64,000 nucleotides of DNA from Candidatus Aquilonibacter sp. (lineage in GTDB: Bacteria; Acidobacteriota; Terriglobia; Acidiferrales; UBA7541): NCBI GenBank assembly GCA_035507075.1, contig DATJOL010000129.1:17052-81051 (forward strand), in the 5' to 3' direction. Of the stretch, positions 18,910 through 25,766 are shown one piece after another (the first letter of the stretch is position 1; the number at the start of each line of letters is the position of its first letter). A program made the translations under genes and the position numbers. Under the pieces are notes generated by a model. It was not told the origin of the DNA, did not search any database, and saw only the letters and a list, made by a program, of their open reading frames with translations.

Positions 18910-19419
18910 CTAATGGCTGCCTCCCGAAGGCGCTTCTGAAGGGATATTGGGCTGATTTAACGGCGGGGTAAATGGTACCGTTGGCGGGGATTTCTGCGAT
19001 TGCGCCGCCCGGGCGCGAACCGCCGCGCGGTGATGCACGATGGCAAAAATCACGCCGAGCATAATGAGAACGACGATCGCCGCGCCCAGAATAACCGGCC
19101 GCAAATCGCGGGGCATTCCTCGAGCATGCACGTCAGACGATGCGGCGGATTGATTGAGGCCTTTTGTTTCCAGCGCATACTCGGCGACCATGTTCTCTTC
19201 ATCGAGGCCCAGATAACGCGCCACCGAGCGGATAAATCCCCGGTTGAATGCCCCGCCGGGCAATCGGTCCCACTGTTCGCTTTCGAGGGCCTCCAGAAAA
19301 CGCGGGCTGATGCGAGTGGCGGCGGAAATCTCTTCCAGGGTGACGCCGCGGAGTTCACGTTCTCTTTTGAGGTGTTCGCCGAAAGGTGTTGAGGGCATCC
19401 GCAGGGGCTCACGCGACAA
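18910..19419 (-). CDS. RodZ-like helix-turn-helix membrane protein
   Basis: FGEHLKRERELRGVTLEEISAATRISPRFLEALESEQWDRLPGG is the Xre/RodZ N-terminus, followed by one TM helix. Confidence 0.75.
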   Translation of the reverse strand: MSREPLRMPSTPFGEHLKRERELRGVTLEEISAATRISPRFLEALESEQWDRLPGGAFNRGFIRSVARYLGLDEENMVAEYALETKGLNQSAASSDVHARGMPRDLRPVILGAAIVVLIMLGVIFAIVHHRAAVRARAAQSQKSPPTVPFTPPLNQPNIPSEAPSGGSH

Positions 19420-19536
19420 GCGTCGTTAGAAATATAGAGGCGAGCCACAGGGGTGTCAATGCCGCGAAACACGAAAGAAACTAACGGCCCGAAAAAAAGA
19501 GCGAGTTCTCGCGCCGAAGACCCCTTGAGGGTTCAT

Positions 19537-19595
19537 AGCCCCGCGCCCTGCCAACGCCAGCCCGGTTTGGCAGGCGTGGGGCTGTTTTACGTTTT
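19537..19595 (+). terminator. Strong intrinsic-terminator-like hairpin with no annotated upstream gene on this strand
   Basis: 17-pair stem (19537-19554 / 19567-19583; one G-U, one bulge), 12-nt loop, then GTTTTACGTTTT. Confidence 0.45.
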
Positions 19596-19618
19596 GGCAA
19601 TCCGGCGGGGAATCGCCG

Positions 19619-19648
19619 TTGCAGGGAGGGAAAAACGGGCCCTATAAT
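19619..19648 (+). promoter_or_regulatory. sigma70-type promoter for the GGDEF gene
   Basis: TTGCAG (19619-19624), 18-nt spacer, TATAAT (19643-19648). Confidence 0.45.
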
Positions 19649-19708
19649 GCGGATGGTTTGCGTTGCAGGCGTAGCGACGTGAGCGTTGAAGACCCCTCCA
19701 TCCAAGCG

Positions 19709-20824
19709 ATGCGGAAAGTGACAGAAGAGAAACCATTTGAAGGCGTGGAAAGGCGCCGCCAGCCGGGGCCTAGCTTCCCGTTTCATGGCGGCGACGGCGG
19801 CGAAATCACCGTTTTTCACGAGCTGGGGAAGGCTCTCACCTCGTCCCTGCAGCTTGACCAAGTGCTTCGCACGATCATGGAAAAGATCAACGAAGTCCTG
19901 CGGCCCGATACCTGGTCCCTGCTGCTGATGGATACGGACAAGCGGGAGCTCTATTTCCAGATCGCAACCGGCAAGGGTGCGGACCGGCTGAAAGACGTCC
20001 GCATCAAGGTGGGCCAAGGACTGGCGGGCTGGGTCGCGGAGACGGGCAAGGCCGTGGTCGTGCCGGACACGAGCCAGGATTCGCGTTTCTTCGCGCAGGT
20101 TGACTCGCGCACGAAGATGGAAACGCGATCCATCGTGGCCGTTCCTGTGCGCTTTCGCGAGCAGTGCCTCGGCGTGATCGAGCTGATCAATTGCATTGGC
20201 CCGGACGGCTTTTCAGCGCGCGACCTGGCGTTGCTCGAAGCGCTCGCTGATTACGCCGCAATCGCCATCGAAAACGCGCGCCACGTCCAGCGAATCCACG
20301 AGCTGACCATCACCGACGACTGCACGTCGCTCTACAATGCCCGCCACATGAACTTCATGCTGGACACGGAAATCTACCGCTCGCACCGCTACGCCTTCGA
20401 GTTTTCGCTGATCTTCATCGACCTGGACCATTTCAAGCAGATCAACGACACGCACGGCCACCTGATGGGATCGAAGCTGCTGGCCGAGATTGGCGCGGCG
20501 ATCAAAGAGAAGTGCCGCTTGATCGATCTGGCGTTTCGCTACGGCGGCGATGAATTCGTGATCCTGCTGCCGCAAACCTCAAAGGAAAACGCGATGGGTG
20601 TCGCGCGCCGGTTGCATAAGCTGATTCGCGAGACGAAGTGGCTGAGCGATCCGGGGCTGAACGTCAACATCACGGCCAGCGTGGGCGTGGCGTCTTATCC
20701 CACCGATTCGCGCACCAAAGCTGAACTGCTGCATTTGGCAGACGACGCCATGTATCTGGTGAAGAACACCACGCGCGACTGCGTGGCCGTAGCTGGAGTG
20801 GGCCTCTTGGCAAAGCAGGAATAG
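19709..20824 (+). CDS. GAF domain-containing diguanylate cyclase (GGDEF)
   Basis: GAF segment (LLLMD...LYFQIATG...GLAGWVAETGKAVVVPD) then a GGDEF domain with an intact RYGGDEF. Start is uncertain (ATG 19709 or GTG 19679). The ORF start at 19619 overlaps the promoter. Confidence 0.85.
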   Translation: MRKVTEEKPFEGVERRRQPGPSFPFHGGDGGEITVFHELGKALTSSLQLDQVLRTIMEKINEVLRPDTWSLLLMDTDKRELYFQIATGKGADRLKDVRIKVGQGLAGWVAETGKAVVVPDTSQDSRFFAQVDSRTKMETRSIVAVPVRFREQCLGVIELINCIGPDGFSARDLALLEALADYAAIAIENARHVQRIHELTITDDCTSLYNARHMNFMLDTEIYRSHRYAFEFSLIFIDLDHFKQINDTHGHLMGSKLLAEIGAAIKEKCRLIDLAFRYGGDEFVILLPQTSKENAMGVARRLHKLIRETKWLSDPGLNVNITASVGVASYPTDSRTKAELLHLADDAMYLVKNTTRDCVAVAGVGLLAKQE

Positions 20825-20862
20825 TTGAAACTCGAGCCTCCGCCGCTCTGAATCCCAGCCCT

Positions 20863-21804
20863 TTACGCAAGACACGATTTCACGTAGTCGTAGCATTTTT
20901 TTACTTCGTCGACGGAAGTTCCCGTGCCGGGATAATCGCAATCGATGTTCGCGCGGACTTGCGTCTTTTTGCTCGCAAGGAACTGAAGGATTTCCTTCAA
21001 ATGCGAATCGCCCTTGCCGAAAGGGACGCTCGGTCCCTTGAATTTGCAGTCCTTCAGGTGCACGTCGAGCAGATGCTCGTAATTGTCTTTCACGAATTGC
21101 AAGGGGTCCTCGCCGAGGTGCGTGAAATTGCCGACGTCCACGTCCATACGCAGGTAGGGGGAAATCGCGGGAAGCGAGGTGAGCATGTCCTCGTCTCCGG
21201 ACGCGACCCCGACAATCATTTTGTGCTTTTCGGCAAAGGGCACAAGACGCTTGGCCATATCCAGGGACATTTGCGAGCTCAGGTTTTTTGCGCCCAGGGC
21301 CTTGGTGAACTCGAAGATGCGGTCGATCTGCGCATCGGTGATCTGCGGCGGTGGCGGCTCGGCGGGCGGCGCCGCAGCGGCGCCAGGCTGGCCTGGCGCG
21401 CTGCCGGGACCGCGGCCGCGTCCGCGGCCGAAGCCTCCGGCGCCGAAGCGCGGGTTATAGGTATAAATGTCGATGCCGGCGTCGTTGAATTTTTTGCGGA
21501 TGTCTTTGAAATAGTCGAGCGAGACGGTGTCGCGCCATTTCATGATGTCCGGCTGCTCGGCGGCCGTCGGTTCCACCTGGGCCGACCAGAGCTCGACTTC
21601 GCCGACGCCGACTTGCTGGACGGCGGAGACGATGTCCGGGTAGCGCATCATGCGGAAGCTGAAGGTCTGCATGCCGATGTGCAGGCCGTCGATGACGGAG
21701 TGGAGCTTCGCCGCCAGCGCAGCCGATGCCAAGCCCGCGGATGCCAGCCCCGCCAAACCCAATTGGACGAATTGCCGCCGGGAAACGGCGCTTGAGTGGC
21801 TCAT
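20863..21804 (-). CDS. sugar phosphate isomerase/epimerase (xylose isomerase-like TIM barrel) with Tat signal
   Basis: Twin-arginine signal SRRQFVQLGLAGLASAG. TIM-barrel-like C-terminal part. Carries a Gly/Arg/Pro-rich insert. Confidence 0.75.
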   Translation of the reverse strand: MSHSSAVSRRQFVQLGLAGLASAGLASAALAAKLHSVIDGLHIGMQTFSFRMMRYPDIVSAVQQVGVGEVELWSAQVEPTAAEQPDIMKWRDTVSLDYFKDIRKKFNDAGIDIYTYNPRFGAGGFGRGRGRGPGSAPGQPGAAAAPPAEPPPPQITDAQIDRIFEFTKALGAKNLSSQMSLDMAKRLVPFAEKHKMIVGVASGDEDMLTSLPAISPYLRMDVDVGNFTHLGEDPLQFVKDNYEHLLDVHLKDCKFKGPSVPFGKGDSHLKEILQFLASKKTQVRANIDCDYPGTGTSVDEVKKCYDYVKSCLA

Positions 21805-21906
21805 CGATTGTCCCCCTCGCTTGGGACATGCGCCCCTGGCTGCGGGCGCTAGTGGCCAGAGAGCTTACCACTCGCTGGGCCAAGATCAAAACTCAAGTGA
21901 AAAATC

Positions 21907-22013
21907 GCATTTTTTCTCGATTAGAATTTAGGTTGGTCCTTTCTTTTCAGTGAGATAAGTCGAATTCTAATCGCCCTTTCTCGATTAGAATCCAGCATTT
22001 GCATTTTTTCTCG
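21907..22013. repeat. Cluster of direct and inverted short repeats (TTTCTCGATTAGAAT units)
   Basis: TTTCTCGATTAGAAT at 21913-21927 and 21977-21991. Inverted copy CGAATTCTAATCG at 21961-21973. GCATTTTTTCTCG at 21907-21919 and 22001-22013. Confidence 0.7.
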
Positions 22014-22015
22014 TT

Positions 22016-22477
22016 TCATTGATTGGCTCGAATGACAGCGTGGGCGGAGGCGGCGTCGGCATGGATGTGGATGATTTTTCTTTCGGGTTCGACCCATTTG
22101 TTGGGGCCGCCGAGGCAGCAGTAGGCTTTGACGGCGCGAAGTATGGTGTTTCCCGAAATGGGCTTTTCGGCGCCTCGCTCAAGGATGCGTTCGAGAACGG
22201 CGCGGACGTTGTCGCGGCGCTTTTCGACGAGGCCGAAGGCTTTCATGTGGCGGTGGAGGGAGCTGTCGTCGACGTTGTGATGTCTTGCGATGCGGGAGAG
22301 TTTGACCCAGTCCTCGAATTCCTGTTCCATCTCTTCGCGGTCGGGATGGCGGCAGATTTGGCACTTTCTGGCGTGGCGTTCGAGGTGAGGCGGAAGTCCT
22401 TTGTTTTCAGCGTCGGCGCGGTGGGCGACCAAGGGAGGCGCCGGGAGCGGACGGCATTGCTCGGTCAGTTCGTTCAT
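22016..22477 (-). CDS. hypothetical CxxC + helix-turn-helix protein (mobile-element-like)
   Basis: KCQICRHPDREEMEQEFEDWVKLSRIARHHNVDDSSLHRHMKAFG resembles small phage/plasmid HTH proteins. Good SD (GAGGT) and promoter. Confidence 0.6.
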   Translation of the reverse strand: MNELTEQCRPLPAPPLVAHRADAENKGLPPHLERHARKCQICRHPDREEMEQEFEDWVKLSRIARHHNVDDSSLHRHMKAFGLVEKRRDNVRAVLERILERGAEKPISGNTILRAVKAYCCLGGPNKWVEPERKIIHIHADAASAHAVIRANQ

Positions 22478-22495
22478 GATGAAACCTCGAAGACA

Positions 22496-22524
22496 AGTTT
22501 AACATAGGTTGACCGTATTGTCAA
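22496..22524 (-). promoter_or_regulatory. sigma70-type promoter for the CxxC/HTH gene
   Basis: On the minus strand: TTGACA (22524-22519), 17-nt spacer, TAAACT (22501-22496), about 20 nt upstream of the ATG at 22477. Confidence 0.55.
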
Positions 22525-22754
22525 TATGATCAGTACGTATAGTACTCGTCGCTGCGAGAGGCCTTGTTACAGGGAGCATTTGTGGCGCGTTTCGGGGCCT
22601 TATTTCGCGAAAAAGGACCGTATTCGAGAGCTCGGGCACATTTGTCACGCCTCAACGCCCTCGATGGAGGTGGGCTCCGCGCGAGCAGTGCCGGATAAAC
22701 GGCAACAAAATTGCTGGCGAATAAAAGGCGAATTTGATATTTTGAGGAGGAAAC

Positions 22755-23555
22755 TTGTTAAATTTTGTGCTGCCGGATAACATGCTGACGCCAATGACGA
22801 GCAAATCGCGTAAAAGGCGAAAGTCGCCCGACGGGGTCGCTACGAACAGCTTGGTTTTCAGCGCTCATCAAGGAACGAATGACGAACTGTTCCCCAGCAT
22901 CCTGGGTTTGTACGTCCCGCCGGGCAGCACGGTTGCCGACATCACGTATGGTCGCGGTATTTTTTGGAAGGGCGTGCCCAAGGATCGTTACCGCTTGCTT
23001 GCCAGTGACCTGAAGACAGGGACCGATTCCCGAAGCCTACCATATGACAGCGGGACGTTGGATTGCGTCGTATTCGACCCTCCATATATGCACACTCCAG
23101 GCGGCACCGCGCACGTGAATCATCAGAATTATGAGAATTACTACGCAAACAACATTGCGGTAAGCGGCTCCGATAAGAAGTATCACGAGGCAGTTCTGGA
23201 TTTGTACTTCAAAACGGCTCACGAGGCGAAGCGCGTCCTTAAGCCCGAAGGGATATTTATCGTAAAGTGCGGCGACGAGGTTTGCGCTAACCAGCAGCGC
23301 CTCACCCACGTTGAGCTGATCAACGATTTCGGCAGTCGGGGCTTCCTGGTTGAGGACCTTTTCGTTCTTCTGAGGAATAACCGCCCCGGAGTAAGCCGCA
23401 TTCTTCGCCAAGTGCATGCGCGGAAGAATCATTCGTACTTCATCGTGTTCAGAAAATCCAAGATACGCCGCATGGCAGCGCGTCACAGCGCCGAGCTGTT
23501 CAACGGGCCAGCAGAAGCTGTGGCAACTCGCTCAGCGCATCGCCGAACGATTTGA
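22755..23555 (+). CDS. DNA amino-methyltransferase (N6-adenine or N4-cytosine), motif I before motif IV
   Basis: AdoMet motif VADITYGRGIFW (nt 22932-22967) and catalytic DPPY (nt 23076-23087). TTG start preceded by GAGGAGG. Lower GC than the surroundings. Confidence 0.85.
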   Translation: MLNFVLPDNMLTPMTSKSRKRRKSPDGVATNSLVFSAHQGTNDELFPSILGLYVPPGSTVADITYGRGIFWKGVPKDRYRLLASDLKTGTDSRSLPYDSGTLDCVVFDPPYMHTPGGTAHVNHQNYENYYANNIAVSGSDKKYHEAVLDLYFKTAHEAKRVLKPEGIFIVKCGDEVCANQQRLTHVELINDFGSRGFLVEDLFVLLRNNRPGVSRILRQVHARKNHSYFIVFRKSKIRRMAARHSAELFNGPAEAVATRSAHRRTI

Positions 23556-24384
23556 CGGCGACGGGGGTCGGGTTGGCGTCAGCGAGGTTTAGGTACGGTC
23601 TCGGCGGGTCCAGATAATACACCCGGGTCATTTCCGTAAGTCTTGCCTGAAAGAGTTGCAGCTGCCTGGGGACGCAAATCTCGATCACCTGCCCGGTCCG
23701 GCTGTCTCGCTTCGTTTCCGTCGCAACCACGAGAACGCCGCGGTATTGACCGGCGCCGAAAATGCGCTCTAGAACGAGCTGATGGACCCACGCCTGCACG
23801 GCACGTTCACGCGTTGAGACCTTAATCGGCAGATGCAGCTTCCGGCTGCGTGGCCCCGGATCGAAGAGGTAGTCGGTGGGAAGGTATGCTGGGTCATCTT
23901 CCGGTGATTCCGGAATCCGCACCCGCGTTCGCGGCGGGGTACCTACCCCTCGTGCGACAATGTGACCGATCAAAATCTCAAAGAATGTTGCCGAAGCCTT
24001 CCTTCCGATATCACTGATGTCGTAAGCTCCAAAGACACTGAAGGCAATTGAATATACCGCGCGAACAATATCCTCTGCGGTGTTGCTCGCCAGCCCCGCA
24101 CGGAATGCACGCAATAAGCGCGCAAACTGACGCTCGTTGTCCTCGTACAAGGCCGCATTCACGGGCCTTGATTGCTGCGCACCACGAAAGCTGAAATAGC
24201 TCTTGCCCGTGTTGGACGTCAGAGCTATGCGTTCGCCACGCTGCAGCACTCCACGCGAGCGGGAGGCCATCTCTGAAATGAGTTCGGCGACGGGGACGCC
24301 GCCGAGAGCCTCGATGGCGGTGGCTTTCAGTTGTTCATATTGCCGGGCGAGTTGTTCCAACATGAAACCGAGATTGTACGTCAA
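23500..24384 (-). CDS. putative type II restriction endonuclease (PD-(D/E)XK-like, K-x3-R-E-R signature)
   Basis: Convergent with the MTase, overlapping it by 56 bp. PTDYLFD...HLPIKVSTRERAVQ resembles the catalytic Lys plus R-(D/E)-R recognition segment of CCGG-family enzymes. Start is TTG 24384 or ATG 24363. Confidence 0.5.
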   Translation of the reverse strand: MTYNLGFMLEQLARQYEQLKATAIEALGGVPVAELISEMASRSRGVLQRGERIALTSNTGKSYFSFRGAQQSRPVNAALYEDNERQFARLLRAFRAGLASNTAEDIVRAVYSIAFSVFGAYDISDIGRKASATFFEILIGHIVARGVGTPPRTRVRIPESPEDDPAYLPTDYLFDPGPRSRKLHLPIKVSTRERAVQAWVHQLVLERIFGAGQYRGVLVVATETKRDSRTGQVIEICVPRQLQLFQARLTEMTRVYYLDPPRPYLNLADANPTPVAVKSFGDALSELPQLLLAR

Positions 24385-24413
24385 ATTCGGCCGGATTGGC
24401 GAAATGTGGAGCG

Positions 24414-24430
24414 CCCGGGAGAGTCCCGGG
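24414..24430. promoter_or_regulatory. Perfect 7-3-7 palindrome upstream of the nuclease-like gene
   Basis: CCCGGGA-GAG-TCCCGGG, 30-46 nt upstream of the TTG start at 24384. Confidence 0.3.
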
Positions 24431-24743
24431 GGACGAATGCCGCGACTGACGGGACAGGTCCATTATTGGGTTTCACTTGAAATGGACGCATTGCGGGCAT
24501 CAGAACCCACAGTGCGCGCAATGCAAACGGGAACACCCGACGAAATAGCGACGCCATACCCACCGACAGCGCAGCGACGAGGACCGCGGCGGACTGAGCG
24601 CCGGATAAGACGGGGAGAGTCGAGTCATGGATCGATCTTCAATGAGCGCCCTCACGCTTTGATGATCAGGGTCAGTTGCAGGGCGATATTGCCGCATTCA
24701 CGCGGAGCAGGGCGGTTCGCGGCTTATCTAAGGCAGGGTGCGT

Positions 24744-25766
24744 TTATCTACAGCCGTATACGCTGAGTTCGGCGGATTCCCGCGCGGCGAGGGGATTTTG
24801 CTTGTCGGTTGCCGCGGCGAGCAAAATGCGAGCCTGGAGGCAATTTTTCTGACCGCCGTCGCCGCGTCCGTAGATATCCGCGAGCGCTATCTCAGCGTCA
24901 GAGCTTCCGGCTGTGACCGCGTCCCATAAGAGTTGAGCCGCTCTGGCCTTCGCTTCCGGAGTGCGCGCCTGATGGAGAGCCGACTGGGCGAGGAGAAACT
25001 CCGATTGACCGTTGCCATGGGCGCTGGACGCCTGGGAAGTCGATTGAAGCGCTGAAGATTGCGCCGAATCAGGCCGCGCAGTGGAAGAAGAGCTAACGTT
25101 CGAAGTTGCGTTCGAAGATGGCGGCGAATTTTTGGCGACGCCGAGAGCGGGCGCGGCTGTGCTGGCTGCGCTTGGGGGGGTTGCTGCCGCGGGAGAAGGA
25201 TTGGGCGAAGAAACAGGCTGCTCGACCGGTCCGGGCTGGACCGAGCCGGGCTGGGCCGACGAAGATGCGGACTGAGTTGGCGGAAGCGCGGGCTGCGTCA
25301 TCGCGTTCGCGCTGGGGAGCGATACGGCGGATTGCTGCGCGGGCTGACCGGAAATCTTTTCACCGAGGAAAACCAGAGAGTGACCGACTTGAACTCTAAA
25401 GAAAAAGGACAAAGCTGCGAGGACTGCGAGAAAAAGCAAGGCAACCGCGATGCGAGGGACGTGCTCCATAACCCGGTCGGACCAAGATTGACTCCAGTAA
25501 GTGTCTGCGCCAAATTCCAATGGCGTTCTCGTCGCCGGCGCCCATTGCCTGCTGAGTTCGTCGGCGAAGCCAGCGGGCAAAGATTGAGGAGCGTCGGGAT
25601 GCTCAGGCTCGCGTCCTTTCGCTGGAGCCGCGGACTGGCTGTCCGGTTCGTGAGCGAGATGATCGGGCGAAGCTGAAGTGACGGCGGGCTGCTCGGGCTT
25701 GGGCCGCTCTTTCGCCGGAGGGGCCTGGAGCATGTCAACCAAGGCAGGCATCCAAGGTTTTTCCAT
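24744..25766 (-). CDS. membrane protein with Ser/Pro/Ala-rich linker and C-terminal Sel1-like repeat
   Basis: One TM (IAVALLFLAVLAALSFFF), about 120 aa of low complexity, and C-terminal AEIALADIYGRGDGGQKNCLQARILL (Sel1/TPR-like). Confidence 0.65.
   Translation of the reverse strand: MEKPWMPALVDMLQAPPAKERPKPEQPAVTSASPDHLAHEPDSQSAAPAKGREPEHPDAPQSLPAGFADELSRQWAPATRTPLEFGADTYWSQSWSDRVMEHVPRIAVALLFLAVLAALSFFFRVQVGHSLVFLGEKISGQPAQQSAVSLPSANAMTQPALPPTQSASSSAQPGSVQPGPVEQPVSSPNPSPAAATPPSAASTAAPALGVAKNSPPSSNATSNVSSSSTARPDSAQSSALQSTSQASSAHGNGQSEFLLAQSALHQARTPEAKARAAQLLWDAVTAGSSDAEIALADIYGRGDGGQKNCLQARILLAAATDKQNPLAARESAELSVYGCR

Noticed and set aside
19420-19710. A c-di-GMP (GEMM-type) riboswitch or other known leader upstream of the GGDEF gene.
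   Set aside because: I could not recognise the conserved GEMM core sequences. The cyclase promoter also appears to lie downstream of the hairpin. I kept only the orphan terminator as a finding.
22526-22780. An 84-aa plus-strand ORF between the HTH gene and the methyltransferase, considered as a possible controller (C) protein.
   Set aside because: It has no HTH pattern, is Cys/Arg/Trp-rich, has no ribosome-binding site, and runs through the MTase SD and start.
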